A stretch of DNA of 64,000 bases from Rhodobacter sp. (GCA_020637515.1 JACKKG010000002.1:38715-102714), one strand, 5' to 3'. Counted from the first letter of the stretch, positions 39,110-49,145 are shown. Notes: generated from the letters alone by a model not told the origin. Translations and numbers: made by a program.

Positions 39110-39832
39110 ATGGGACGGGTTGCACTGGTTACCGGCGGGTCGCGCGGCATTGGCGCGGCGATTTCACAGGCGTTGAAGGCCGCCGGCTACACGGTCGCGG
39201 CGAACTACGCCGGCAATGACGAGGCCGCCTCGGCCTTCACCGCCGAAACCGGCATCAAGACCTACAAGTGGAATGTCGCGGATTACGAGGCATCGAAGGC
39301 CGGCATCGCCGCGGTCGAAGCCGATCTGGGCCCCATTGACGTGGTCGTGGCCAACGCCGGCATCACCCGCGACGCCCCCTTCCACAAGATGACACCCGAT
39401 CAGTGGAAGCAGGTGATCGACACCAACCTGACCGGCGTGTTCAACACCGTGCACCCCGTCTGGCCCGGCATGCGCGAGCGCAAGTTCGGCCGCGTCGTGG
39501 TCATCAGTTCGATCAACGGACAGAAGGGCCAGTTCGGGCAGGTGAACTATGCCGCGACCAAGGCCGGCGACCTGGGCATCGTCAAGTCGCTGGCGCAGGA
39601 AGGCGCGCGCTTCGGCATCACCGCCAACGCGATCTGCCCCGGCTATATCGCGACGGAGATGGTCATGGCCGTGCCCGAGAAAGTGCGCGAATCGATCATC
39701 GCCCAGATCCCCACCGGCCGCCTGGGCGAGCCCGCGGAAATCGCGCGCTGCGTGGCGTTCCTGGTGTCCGACGACGCGGGCTTTGTCAACGGTTCGACCA
39801 TCAGTGCGAACGGCGGACAGTTCTTCGTCTGA
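39110..39832 (+). CDS. phaB: Acetoacetyl-CoA reductase (SDR)
   Basis: 240 aa. VALVTGGSRGIGAAI, NAGITRD and YAATKAG motifs, with strong resemblance to PhaB. AGGAGGA RBS. Confidence 0.95.
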   Translation: MGRVALVTGGSRGIGAAISQALKAAGYTVAANYAGNDEAASAFTAETGIKTYKWNVADYEASKAGIAAVEADLGPIDVVVANAGITRDAPFHKMTPDQWKQVIDTNLTGVFNTVHPVWPGMRERKFGRVVVISSINGQKGQFGQVNYAATKAGDLGIVKSLAQEGARFGITANAICPGYIATEMVMAVPEKVRESIIAQIPTGRLGEPAEIARCVAFLVSDDAGFVNGSTISANGGQFFV

Positions 39833-39853
39833 TCGCCCCGAAATCCGGGCGCA

Positions 39854-39884
39854 AGAGGGGGCCTTGCCCCCTCTTTTTGCTTTT
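39854..39884 (+). terminator. Intrinsic terminator after phaB
   Basis: AGAGGGGGC-ctt-GCCCCCTCT followed by TTTTGCTTTTG. Confidence 0.75.
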
Positions 39885-39916
39885 GCGACAAGGCGCGGTC
39901 GAAAACGGGGGCGGAC

Positions 39917-40795
39917 ATGACGCGCGGCAAGGCCACAGGCATCGGGTTTTCGGCGGTGGCGCTCTGGTCCCTGCTGGCGGTCTTCACCGTAGCCAGTGCG
40001 CCGGTGCCCCCGTTTCTGCTGTCGGCGATGACCTTTGCCATCGGCGGCGCGGTGGGGCTGGTGTGGCTGCGCGCAACGGGCGGCACGGCGGTTCTGCGCA
40101 GGGTCCCGATCAAGGCCTATGCCTTTGGCACCGCTGGGCTTTTCGGCTACCATTTTCTCTATTTCACGGCCCTCCGATTGGCCCCCCCGGCCGAGGCCGG
40201 CCTGATCTGCTACCTCTGGCCGCTGCTGATTGTGCTGTTCTCGGGGCTGTTGCCCGGCGAGGTGCTGACGCGCGGCCATATCGCCGGCGCGCTGCTGGCC
40301 TTTGCGGGCGCCGCGCTGATCGTCGCGGGCGGGATTGGCGGGGTCTCGGGCGCGGCGGGGGGCTATGCGGTGGCCTTTGTCGCGGCGCTGACCTGGGCGG
40401 GGTATTCGCTGGGCTCGCGTCGGCTGGCAGGCGTGCCCACGGCCGCGGTCGCGGTGACCTGCCTGGCGACGGCCGGCCTGTCGCTGCTGGCGCATCTGGT
40501 GCTGGAACAGACGGTCTGGCCGCAGGGAATCCGCGGCTGGATGGCGGTGCTGGCCCTGGGCCTGGGCCCGGTCGGCCTGGCGTTCTATACGTGGGATGTC
40601 GGCGTCAAGCGCGGCGACATACAACTGCTTGGCACGGCCTCATACGCGGCGCCGCTCTTGTCCACCCTGGTGCTGGTTCTCAGCGGGCTGGCCACGGCCA
40701 GCCTGTCGCTGGCCCTGGCCGCAGGTCTCATAGCCGGCGGCGCACTGATTGCGGCGCGCGCCGGGCGCAGGATCACTCAGCCGCGAGGCGCGTGA
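39917..40795 (+). CDS. DMT-superfamily (EamA-like) transporter
   Basis: 292 aa, 10 hydrophobic helices. ATG 39917 checked. Confidence 0.85.
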   Translation: MTRGKATGIGFSAVALWSLLAVFTVASAPVPPFLLSAMTFAIGGAVGLVWLRATGGTAVLRRVPIKAYAFGTAGLFGYHFLYFTALRLAPPAEAGLICYLWPLLIVLFSGLLPGEVLTRGHIAGALLAFAGAALIVAGGIGGVSGAAGGYAVAFVAALTWAGYSLGSRRLAGVPTAAVAVTCLATAGLSLLAHLVLEQTVWPQGIRGWMAVLALGLGPVGLAFYTWDVGVKRGDIQLLGTASYAAPLLSTLVLVLSGLATASLSLALAAGLIAGGALIAARAGRRITQPRGA

Positions 40796-40940
40796 TCTCC
40801 TCCTTCAGACGCAACTTCTGCTTCTTCAATTCGGCGATCGCCAGATCATCCGCGCCGGGCGCCCGTTGCGCAGCCTCGACCTTTTCGGCGAGGGCCTGAT
40901 GGCGGCGGCGCAGTTCCTGAAGATGCGAAGTCAAGGACAT
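40773..40940 (-). CDS. DUF465 (YdcH-like) small coiled-coil protein (below track length cutoff)
   Basis: My translation is MSLTSHLQELRRRHQALAEKVEAAQRAPGADDLAIAELKKQKLRLKEEITRLAAE*. AGGAGGA lies 6 nt upstream of ATG 40940. The pattern matches the DUF465 consensus (L..H..LD..I....P..D...I..LKK.KL.LKDEI). Confidence 0.7.
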   Translation of the reverse strand: MSLTSHLQELRRRHQALAEKVEAAQRAPGADDLAIAELKKQKLRLKEEITRLAAE

Positions 40941-41058
40941 GAGTATCCTCCTGTTTCCGGGTGTCCGTGACCTCAGTGCACCACAGTTTCATCCATTTGT
41001 CACACAAAACCCGAAGCCGATTTGCGTCGATTTTGACGGGCCGGCCAGGCACCGCCGA

Positions 41059-41805
41059 TCAGCCCCAGTCCAGCCCCCGGGCGTCCCGCAACAGGGCCTG
41101 CGCGGCGGGCGAGAAATCGTCGCCGTCGGCGCGATGCGCGGCGCCCAGGTGCAGCACCAGGGGCGGCAACAGGCGGAAGGGACCCTTCGCCCCCTTGCGG
41201 GCCTGGATCAGAACGCGCCCCGCCTGCCGTTCCGCGCGTGGCGCCAGCGGGCGCACCGCGATGGCGCCCGCCGGACCGTCGAGGGCCGCCAGCAACGCGG
41301 GCAGTCGCTCGGCCAGGTGAATGAGGGTCAGATATCCGCCGGGTTTGACGCGTTTCAGCCCCTGCCCCACCCAGTCGGACAGGGGCGTCTCCTCGCGCAG
41401 GGCGGCGTCGCGGCCGGCGTCCTGCGCCGCCGGCGAGCCGGCGCGGTAATAGGGCGGGTTCGCCAGCACATGGTCGAACCCCACGCGCAGCCCACTGGGC
41501 AAGGCCATCAGATCGGCTGTTTCGATTTCGGCAACAATCCCGTTCTCGCGCGCGTTCAACCGGGCGAGATCGGCATAGGCTGCCTGCCGTTCGACCGCGC
41601 AAAGCCGCAGGTCCGGAACGCGCGTGGCCAGCGCCAGCAGCGCCACGCCCACGCCGCAACCCAGTTCCAGGATCGAATCCCCCGCCCGCGCGCCGACCGC
41701 GGCGGCCAGCAGAATCGGATCGGTCGCCGCGCGGTAGCCCGTGCGCGGCTGACGAATGCGCAACCGGCCGCCCAGAAAGACGTCGAGCGTGGTGTCGTCA
41801 GTCAT
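41059..41805 (-). CDS. SAM-dependent N6-adenine methyltransferase (tRNA1(Val) m6A37 TrmN6/YfiC-like)
   Basis: 248 aa. ILELGCGVG SAM motif and NPPY catalytic motif (ANPPYY). Confidence 0.82.
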   Translation of the reverse strand: MTDDTTLDVFLGGRLRIRQPRTGYRAATDPILLAAAVGARAGDSILELGCGVGVALLALATRVPDLRLCAVERQAAYADLARLNARENGIVAEIETADLMALPSGLRVGFDHVLANPPYYRAGSPAAQDAGRDAALREETPLSDWVGQGLKRVKPGGYLTLIHLAERLPALLAALDGPAGAIAVRPLAPRAERQAGRVLIQARKGAKGPFRLLPPLVLHLGAAHRADGDDFSPAAQALLRDARGLDWG

Positions 41806-42001
41806 CCAGGGGCACGTTGTTGTCGCGCAGGATGGCCCGGGCCAGGAACAGATCGCGCTCGCGCACCATCAGGCGCTGCGGCACGATGGCCAGCGCGCTC
41901 ATATGGACGTCCACTGCAAACGCCTCTATACCTTCGGCGCCGAGAAGGGCCGTCGCGAAGGGGATGATCGTGGGGTTCGAGGTGCGCAAGAGTTCTTTCA
42001 T
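41798..42001 (-). CDS. DUF2007-like small protein
   Basis: 67 aa from ATG 42001 (checked): MKELLRTSNPTIIPFATALLGAEGIEAFAVDVHMS. It overlaps the methyltransferase start by 8 nt. Confidence 0.7.
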   Translation of the reverse strand: MKELLRTSNPTIIPFATALLGAEGIEAFAVDVHMSALAIVPQRLMVRERDLFLARAILRDNNVPLDD

Positions 42002-42055
42002 CCCGTCACTAAACGGCAAGCGCCCGCGCTTGTCAAAGCGGGGAAGCGGCCGAGG

Positions 42056-43051
42056 ATGAGCACCACCCAGATCAACCCGCTCGAGGCCCTGTCGCAGGCC
42101 TTGTCGCTGGACATGGCAGCGGTCAACACCTTGATCCGGCAGCGAATGGCGTCCGAGAATGCGCCGCGCATCCCCGAGGTCACCGCGCATCTGATCGAGG
42201 CCGGCGGCAAGCGCATCCGGCCGATGATGACGCTGGCGGCGGCGCGTCTCTGCGGCTACGATGGCGACGCGCATGTCAAGCTGGCGGCGACGGTCGAATT
42301 CATCCACACGGCGACGCTGCTGCATGACGACGTGGTGGACGAAAGCGCCCAGCGCCGGGGCCGTCCGACGGCGAACCTGCTTTGGGACAACAAGTCGAGC
42401 GTGCTGGTCGGGGACTATCTCTTTGCCCGGGCGTTCCAGTTGATGGTCGAACCGGGAAACCTGCGCGCGCTGACGATCCTGTCGAACGCTGCCGCCGTGA
42501 TCGCCGAGGGCGAGGTGCTGCAACTGACCGCGGCGCAGAACACCGCCACCACGGAGGCGACCTATTTCAAGGTGATTCGCGGCAAGACCGCCGCGCTGTT
42601 TTCCGCCGCGACGCAGGTCGGCCCGGTCATCGCCGGCTCGGACGAGGCCCAGGTGCAGGCGCTCTATGACTATGGCGATGCGCTGGGGATCTGTTTCCAG
42701 ATTGTGGACGATTTTCTGGATTACGGAGGCGCGGGCGACGGGCTGGGCAAAAACCTGGGCGACGATTTCCGCGAGGGCAAGCTGACCCTGCCGGTGATCC
42801 GCGCGATCGCCGCCGCCGATGCCGACGAACGCGCGTTCTGGGACCGGACCATCGGCAAGGGCCAGCAGGCCGAGGGCGATCTGGATCACGCGATGACGCT
42901 GCTGGCCCGCCATGGCACGCTGGAAAGCACGCGCCGGACGGCCCTCGACTGGGCGGATCGGGCAAGGTCCGCGCTGGCCCCGCTGCCGGCGCACCCGCTC
43001 AAGGACATGCTGGCCGATCTGGCCGATTTCGTGGTGAAGCGGGTTAGCTGA
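42056..43051 (+). CDS. ispB: Polyprenyl (octaprenyl/decaprenyl) diphosphate synthase
   Basis: 331 aa from ATG 42056. LLHDDVVD (first DDxxD) and IVDDFLD (second) motifs. Confidence 0.92.
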   Translation: MSTTQINPLEALSQALSLDMAAVNTLIRQRMASENAPRIPEVTAHLIEAGGKRIRPMMTLAAARLCGYDGDAHVKLAATVEFIHTATLLHDDVVDESAQRRGRPTANLLWDNKSSVLVGDYLFARAFQLMVEPGNLRALTILSNAAAVIAEGEVLQLTAAQNTATTEATYFKVIRGKTAALFSAATQVGPVIAGSDEAQVQALYDYGDALGICFQIVDDFLDYGGAGDGLGKNLGDDFREGKLTLPVIRAIAAADADERAFWDRTIGKGQQAEGDLDHAMTLLARHGTLESTRRTALDWADRARSALAPLPAHPLKDMLADLADFVVKRVS

Positions 43052-43069
43052 CCCGGCCGGACATTGGCG

Positions 43070-43897
43070 TCAGGCCAGGCTGCGCGTGGCCTGAACGAAG
43101 CGCCCCGGCACGCTCAGGCGGCGTTCCGCCGCGCGGCAGGTGCGCTCGTCCGCAAAGATCCCGACGCAGGTCGCCCCCGATCCGGTCATCCGCGCCAAAA
43201 GGCACCCGGGCTGCGTGCCGAGTTCGTCCAGCAGCGCCGCCACCGGCGGCAGAAGTGCGCGCGCCGGAGCCTCGAGGTCGTTGCGCATCCCGCTCAGCCA
43301 GACGGCCAGGTCGGCGGCGTCGCGCCATCGCGGCAGGGCTGCGGGCATCGGGGGATTGTGCTTTTTCGTCAGAGCCTTGAAAACCGCGGGCGTGGACAGG
43401 CCGACGCCGGGGTTGACCAACAGCAGCCACAGCGGCGGCACCCCCAGGACCGGCTCGAGGTGCTCGCCCAGGCCGCGCATCCGCGTCGGCCGAGGCGCGG
43501 CCAGACAGACCGGCAGGTCGGCCCCCAGGCGCATCAGCGCCGCGGTCCCCGGCAGCGTCAGCCCCTGCGCGCGCGCCACGAGCCGCAGCGCGGTCGCCGC
43601 ATCCGAGGACCCGCCCCCCATCCCCGAGGCCACGGGCAAGTGTTTTTCCAAGGACAGCGCCGCGTCGCGGGCGCCGATCAGGCGGGCCGCGCGCAGGATC
43701 AGGTTGTCCCCCTCGCCCAGCAGGCCGGCCGCCTGCGGCCCCGTCACCGCCAACGACAGACCCGTGCCGGCGTGCAGCGCGACCTCGTCGCCGAATTCGG
43801 TGAAGATCACCAGCGAATCCAGCAGGTGATAGCCATCCGCACGTTGGCCGGTGACGTGCAATGTCAGGTTGATCTTTGCCGGTGCGGTGGCCCGCAT
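43070..43897 (-). CDS. ispE: 4-diphosphocytidyl-2-C-methyl-D-erythritol kinase
   Basis: MRATAPAKINLTLHVTGQRADGYH N-terminus and GMGGGSSDAA GHMP motif. ATG 43897 (the track opens one codon earlier at GTG). TGATG overlap with the upstream TPR gene stop. Confidence 0.92.
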   Translation of the reverse strand: MRATAPAKINLTLHVTGQRADGYHLLDSLVIFTEFGDEVALHAGTGLSLAVTGPQAAGLLGEGDNLILRAARLIGARDAALSLEKHLPVASGMGGGSSDAATALRLVARAQGLTLPGTAALMRLGADLPVCLAAPRPTRMRGLGEHLEPVLGVPPLWLLLVNPGVGLSTPAVFKALTKKHNPPMPAALPRWRDAADLAVWLSGMRNDLEAPARALLPPVAALLDELGTQPGCLLARMTGSGATCVGIFADERTCRAAERRLSVPGRFVQATRSLA

Positions 43898-45612
43898 CAC
43901 TGATCCGGATGCAGCGGCGGCTCCCCGGCCTCGGCGCGCACGGCGTCCAGACCGACCTCAAGCTTGCGGCGCAGGCGGTCCTCGTCCAGATCGTCGGCCG
44001 GCGCAAAGGACAGCGCCCGGCGCCATTGGAACCGCGCCTCGCGGTGGCGGCCGACGGCCCAATACACATCGCCCAGATGGTCGTTGAGGATCGCATCCGT
44101 CGGTTGCAGTTCGACCGCGCGCTCCATGTTGGGCACGGCATCCTCGTAATGCCCCAGCCGAAACTGCGCCCAGGCCAGACTGTCCACGATGTAGCCGCTG
44201 TCGGGCTCGGCGGCGACGGCGCGGCGGATCATGTCCAGCGCCTCGACCAGCTTTTCGCCGCGTTCGATCAGCGAATAGCCCAGATAGTTCAGCACGGTCG
44301 GCTGATCCGGTTCGACCGCCAGCGCGGCGCGGAAATCAGACTCGGCGGCGGCCCAGTCGTCGGTGCGCGAATAGGCGACCGCGCGGGCGAACCAGGTCTG
44401 CCACTCGGGTTCCAACCCGTTCGCGCGCAGGATGTCGATCGCCCGGGTATAGGCGGCGACCGCCTGCGGGAATTGCGCGTCGCGGCGCAGCGCATCGCCC
44501 AGCACGGTCTGGGCGGCAAAGCTGTCGGGGTTGTCGGCGGCCAGTTGCAGCAATTCGTCCAGCGCCGCGCCGGCCTGGCCCTGCGCCTCGAGGACCTGCG
44601 CGCGCCCCATGCGCGCCGCCATGTCGAAAACGCTGCCCTGAGGAATGCGGGCATAGGCGGCGGCGGCGGCCTCGGGCTGGTCCAGATCCTCGAGGATCTG
44701 GCCGATCAGAATCTGCGCGTCGGTCAGGTCCGGGTTGATCCAGACTGCCGCCTGGGCATAGATAAGCGCCTCATGCGTGTTCTGTGTCGCGCTCATCGCG
44801 CTGGCCATGACGGCGAAAACCTCGGCCATGCCCTGCGCCGGGGTCGAGATCAAGTCGAACGGCAGCGCGTGGTGGTCGGCGTAGGCCGCGCGCATCCGCG
44901 TGATCGCCGGGTCCATCCCCGAGGCAAAGACCCGGTCGATCAGCGCGACCGCGTCGTCGTAGCGTTCGGTCAGTCCCAAGAGTTGCGCATAGGCGATATA
45001 GCCGCGCCGGTTCAACGAGTCGGCCACGCCGTCGCGCGGGTCCTCGATCACCGCGACGGCGCCTTCGACATCGCCGACCAGCGCCAGCGCCAACGCCCGG
45101 CAATAGAGCGCAAAGGACCGCATTCCGTCGATTCCGGCGACCCGGTCCAGCGACTCTTGCGCCTCGGACATGCGGCCGGCACCCAGTTGGGCCCAGGCCT
45201 GCGCCAGCCCGTCGATCAGCGGGTGCACGACCGGGCGGGTCGCATCGACATAGCCCAGCGCCGCGGCATAGTCCTGGTCGTGAAAGGCGCCGGCCAGCAG
45301 CACCATGGCGGCGGCGCGGTTGCCCGGGGCCAGCGCGCGCAGGTCCTGTGCATTGCGCGCGGCGGTATCGACCGCACCGATGGAAAAGGCCGACACGACC
45401 AGGGTTTCCAGCGCCGCGGCATTCTGCGGATCGGCGGCGTGCAGCCGTTCGAGATAGGTGATCGAGGCGGCGAAATCGTTCTGCACCCCGGCCTCGCGCG
45501 CCGCCAGATAGGCCCCGGCAAGGCCCTGAGCCTGGGCGAGACCCGGCACCGCGACCGCCAGAAGGGACATCGCGGTCAGCGCCGCGCGCAGGGACGACAG
45601 GGTCGGGGGCAT
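43897..45612 (-). CDS. Secreted tetratricopeptide-repeat protein
   Basis: Start chosen at ATG 45612 (MPPTLSSLRAALTAMSLLAVAVPGLAQAQ signal peptide); the track ORF opens at GTG 45708. There are multiple TPR-like A/Y/L repeats. Confidence 0.8.
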   Translation of the reverse strand: MPPTLSSLRAALTAMSLLAVAVPGLAQAQGLAGAYLAAREAGVQNDFAASITYLERLHAADPQNAAALETLVVSAFSIGAVDTAARNAQDLRALAPGNRAAAMVLLAGAFHDQDYAAALGYVDATRPVVHPLIDGLAQAWAQLGAGRMSEAQESLDRVAGIDGMRSFALYCRALALALVGDVEGAVAVIEDPRDGVADSLNRRGYIAYAQLLGLTERYDDAVALIDRVFASGMDPAITRMRAAYADHHALPFDLISTPAQGMAEVFAVMASAMSATQNTHEALIYAQAAVWINPDLTDAQILIGQILEDLDQPEAAAAAYARIPQGSVFDMAARMGRAQVLEAQGQAGAALDELLQLAADNPDSFAAQTVLGDALRRDAQFPQAVAAYTRAIDILRANGLEPEWQTWFARAVAYSRTDDWAAAESDFRAALAVEPDQPTVLNYLGYSLIERGEKLVEALDMIRRAVAAEPDSGYIVDSLAWAQFRLGHYEDAVPNMERAVELQPTDAILNDHLGDVYWAVGRHREARFQWRRALSFAPADDLDEDRLRRKLEVGLDAVRAEAGEPPLHPDQ

Positions 45613-45753
45613 GGGCAGAGGCAAGGGCAGGTCTCCGGTCGCGGGGGTTTCCAAGATGTAGCCGCCACGCCAGTGAAGGGCAATGCGCCGCGCCCGGGCC
45701 GTGTTCACGCCACCGCGAGCGGTTTCGGGGCCGGAAACCGGCCCCGCCCGCCG

Positions 45754-47397
45754 TCACATGTTGGGATAGTTCGGGCCGTCGCCGCCCTGCGGCGTGGTCC
45801 AGGTGATGTTCTGCGACGGGTCCTTGATGTCGCAGGTCTTGCAGTGCACGCAATTCTGGAAATTGATGACGAATTCCGGTTTGCCGTCCTTTTCCACGAC
45901 CTCGTAGACGCCGGCCGGGCAATAGCGTTGCGCGGGCTCGTCGAATTTCGGCAGGTTCACCGCGATCGGGATCGACGGATCGGCCAGCTTCAGGTGGCAG
46001 GGCTGGCTTTCCTCGTGATTCGTGGCGCTGAAGGACACGTTGGTCAGCCGGTCAAAGGACAGCACGCCATCCGGGCGCGGGTAGTCGATGCGCTTGAACC
46101 GCGCGGCTTCGCCCGTCGCCTTGGCGTCGTTCTTGCCGTGCCGCAGCGTGCCGAACAGCGAGAAGCCCAGCGTGTTCGTCCACATGTCCAGCCCGCCCAG
46201 CGCCAGCGACGGCATCAGCCCCCACTTGGACCACATCGGCTTGACGTTGCGGACCTTTTTCAGGTCCTTGCCGATCACGCCGCTGCGCAGCGTCTGTTCG
46301 TAGGTGGTCAATTCGTCGCCCTCGCGGCCGGCCTGCATCGCCGCATGGGCGGCTTCGGCGGCCTCGATGCCGGAATGCATGGCGTTATGGTTGCCCTTGA
46401 TCCGCGGCACGTTGACCAGCCCGGCCGAGCACCCCAACAGCACCGCGCCCGGCATCGTCAACTTGGGGATCGACTGCCAGCCGCCCTCGCTGATCGCACG
46501 GGCGCCATAGGCCACCCGCTTGCCCCCCGCCAGCAGGTCCGCGATCACGGGGTGATGCTTGAACCGCTGGAATTCCATATAGGGATAGAGGTGCGGATTG
46601 GCATAGTTCAGGTGCACCACGAAACCGATCAGCACCTGGTTGTTTTCAAAGTGGTAGACAAAGGACCCGCCGCCCGCGTTCCCGCCCAGCGGCCAACCCA
46701 TGGTGTGGGTGACCGTGCCCTCGCGGTGCTTGGCCGGGTCGATCTCCCAGATCTCTTTCATGCCGATGCCGAATTTCTGCGGGCATTTGCCCTTCGACAG
46801 GTCGTATTTCGCGATCAGTTGCTTGGCCAGCGACCCGCGCACACCTTCGGCGATGAAGACATATTTGCCGTGCAGTTCCATCCCCGGCTCGTAGCCCGGG
46901 CCGGGGGTGCCGTCGGCGTTCTTGCCGAACTCGCCGGCGACGACGCCCTTGACCCGGTCGCCGTCATAGACCAGTTCGCTGGCGGCCATGCCGGGGAAGA
47001 TCTCGACGCCCATTGCCTCGGCCTGCTCGGCCATCCAGCGGCACACATTGCCCATCGAGACGATGTAATTGCCGTGGTTGTTCATCAGCGGCGGCATCGG
47101 CCAGTTCGGCACGCGGATCTTGCCACCCTCGCCCAGCATGAGGAAGTTGTCCTCCTTGACGGGCACGTTCAGCGGCGCGCCGCGGTCCTTCCAGTCGGGC
47201 ATCAGCCGGGTCAGCCCCGAGGGGTCCAGCACCGCGCCCGACAGGATATGCGCACCGACCTCGGACCCCTTTTCCAGCACCACAACGTTCAGGTCGGCGT
47301 CGAGCTGCTTCAAACGGATCGCCGCCGAAAGGCCGGCCGGCCCCGCGCCGACGATGACGACATCGTATTCCATCGCTTCGCGTTCGATCTCGGACAT
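45754..47397 (-). CDS. Electron-transfer flavoprotein:ubiquinone oxidoreductase
   Basis: 547 aa from ATG 47397 (checked). [19 protein letters not shown] motif and a C-terminal 4Fe-4S region, [13 protein letters not shown]. Confidence 0.95.
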   Translation of the reverse strand: MSEIEREAMEYDVVIVGAGPAGLSAAIRLKQLDADLNVVVLEKGSEVGAHILSGAVLDPSGLTRLMPDWKDRGAPLNVPVKEDNFLMLGEGGKIRVPNWPMPPLMNNHGNYIVSMGNVCRWMAEQAEAMGVEIFPGMAASELVYDGDRVKGVVAGEFGKNADGTPGPGYEPGMELHGKYVFIAEGVRGSLAKQLIAKYDLSKGKCPQKFGIGMKEIWEIDPAKHREGTVTHTMGWPLGGNAGGGSFVYHFENNQVLIGFVVHLNYANPHLYPYMEFQRFKHHPVIADLLAGGKRVAYGARAISEGGWQSIPKLTMPGAVLLGCSAGLVNVPRIKGNHNAMHSGIEAAEAAHAAMQAGREGDELTTYEQTLRSGVIGKDLKKVRNVKPMWSKWGLMPSLALGGLDMWTNTLGFSLFGTLRHGKNDAKATGEAARFKRIDYPRPDGVLSFDRLTNVSFSATNHEESQPCHLKLADPSIPIAVNLPKFDEPAQRYCPAGVYEVVEKDGKPEFVINFQNCVHCKTCDIKDPSQNITWTTPQGGDGPNYPNM

Positions 47398-47645
47398 GGT
47401 GGCTCCTCGGTCCCTGGGGCTGCCGTCTGGCGCAATATTGTTTCGTGGGGAATACCCTCTGCCGATGCATCTGGTCAATGCGAACCGCGCGTCAGAATCG
47501 CCCTGTGGCGCTGCGTGGCGGCGATCACCGCCACAGGCTGGCGCGATACCCGCGCGGCAAGGCCCCGCGCAGCGGCAACAAGCCCGCCGCGCGGGGCTTG
47601 CAATTCGCCCGTTCATGCGGTCAGGTAGGGGCGTTGATCCGCGCT

Positions 47646-47680
47646 GCCCCGGCCCCGGCCGTGGGCGTTTTCTTTTGTTT
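47646..47680 (+). terminator. Terminator-like hairpin plus T-tract in the greA leader
   Basis: GCCCCGG-ccccgg-CCG(t)GGGC gives a stem of 7 GC pairs with one bulge. It is followed by gTTTTcTTTTgTTT and ends 10 nt before the greA ATG. Confidence 0.4.
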
Positions 47681-47690
47681 GGTGAGCACG

Positions 47691-48161
47691 ATGGAAAAGA
47701 TCCCCATGACCCGCCGCGGCTTCGATGCCCTGGACGAGGAACTGCGCACGCTGAAATCGACGGAACGGCCGGCCGTGATCCGCGCCATTGCCGAGGCGCG
47801 CGAGCATGGCGATCTGTCGGAAAACGCGGAATACCACGCCGCGCGCGAGAAGCAGAGCTTCATCGAGGGCCGTATCAAGGAACTCGAGGGGATCCTGGGC
47901 CGTGCCGAGGTGATCGATCCGACGAAGATGTCGGGCTCGATCAAGTTCGGTGCGACGGTGACCATCGTCGATGAGGACACCGACGAAGAGCGCACCTATC
48001 AGATCGTCGGTGAATCCGAGGCCGACATCGAGAACGGTCTGCTCAACGTCCGGTCCCCGCTGGCGCGCGCCCTGATCGGCAAGGAACCCGGCGATTCGGT
48101 CGAGGTCCGCACCCCGGGCGGCGAGCGCAGCTACGAGGTGCTCGCGGTCGAATACCGCTAA
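47691..48161 (+). CDS. greA: Transcription elongation factor GreA
   Basis: [22 protein letters not shown]...[23 protein letters not shown], about 156 aa. ATG 47691. Confidence 0.95.
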   Translation: MEKIPMTRRGFDALDEELRTLKSTERPAVIRAIAEAREHGDLSENAEYHAAREKQSFIEGRIKELEGILGRAEVIDPTKMSGSIKFGATVTIVDEDTDEERTYQIVGESEADIENGLLNVRSPLARALIGKEPGDSVEVRTPGGERSYEVLAVEYR

Positions 48162-49141
48162 TGTCGGACGCCCCTCCGCCCCGGCCCCACCGCGGCAAAC
48201 TGCGCCTGTCGGGCGAGATGCTGGCCTTCGTGCTGTCGCTGATCTGGCTGGCGATGCTGGTGGCGGCGTTTCGCGTGCTGGGCCTTCGCGGGGCCGAGAT
48301 CGCGCAAACGCTGGGGCTGGTCGTGGTCGCCCTGGCGGTGTTCCTGCCGGTCGCGCTGATCTGGCTGGCGGTTCTGGTGCTGCGCGCCGCACGCGAGATG
48401 CGCGACGAATCGCTCAGGCTGCACGCCACGGTCGAGGGGATGCGCCGGGGCTGGATCCGTGAACAGCAGGCTGCGGGCCTGGCGCTGAAACCCACGGTCG
48501 AGGAAAAGCTGGATCAGATCGCCGCCGCGCAGAAACACACCGAGGACCGCCTGGCGATGTTCGTCTCGCGCCGCGACCCGGCAACCCGGCGCACGCCATC
48601 CGCCACGCCGGTCGCGGACGGCGGGGACCAGGACGTTCTGGCGCTGGAAAATCCGCTGCCCGCCGCCGACCCCCTGCCCGCGCAGGATTTCATCCGCGCC
48701 CTGAATTTCCCCGAAACGGAAACCGACCAGGCCGGCTTTGCCGCGCTGCGCCGGGCGTTGAGCGACCATGCGACCGCCGAACTGGTGCGCGCCGCGCAGG
48801 ATGTTCTGACCACCCTGTCGCAGGAAGGCATCTACATGGACGACCTGCGCCCCGACCGCGCCCGCCCCGAGGTCTGGCGCGCCTTTGCCCAGGGCGCCCG
48901 CGGCCCCGAGGTGGCGGCGCTGGGCGGAATCCGCGACCGTTCGTGCCTGGCGCTGACCTATGCGCGGATGCGCTCGGACCCCGGGTTCCGCGAATCCGCG
49001 CATCGATTCCTGCGCACCTTCGACCGCCGGTTCAGCGTGTTCGAGGGGCAGGCCTCGGACGGCGAGATCGCACAATTCGCCGAGACCCGCTCGGCCCGGG
49101 CCTTCATGCTGCTGGGTCGCGTGACCGGCATATTCGGATGA
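48161..49141 (+). CDS. Hypothetical membrane protein translationally coupled to greA
   Basis: 326 aa. The ATG overlaps the greA TAA (TAATG). It has two N-terminal TM helices, a coiled segment and a C-terminal globular part. GC3 is high throughout. No family recognised. Confidence 0.72.
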   Translation: MSDAPPPRPHRGKLRLSGEMLAFVLSLIWLAMLVAAFRVLGLRGAEIAQTLGLVVVALAVFLPVALIWLAVLVLRAAREMRDESLRLHATVEGMRRGWIREQQAAGLALKPTVEEKLDQIAAAQKHTEDRLAMFVSRRDPATRRTPSATPVADGGDQDVLALENPLPAADPLPAQDFIRALNFPETETDQAGFAALRRALSDHATAELVRAAQDVLTTLSQEGIYMDDLRPDRARPEVWRAFAQGARGPEVAALGGIRDRSCLALTYARMRSDPGFRESAHRFLRTFDRRFSVFEGQASDGEIAQFAETRSARAFMLLGRVTGIFG

Positions 49142-49145
49142 CGCC

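Noticed and set aside
41012-41025. CGAAGCCGATTTGC upstream of the DUF465 gene resembles the LacI operator (GCAAACCGATTTGC).
   Set aside because: Only one half-site (CCGATTTGC) matches and the other arm is not symmetric. This is most likely chance.
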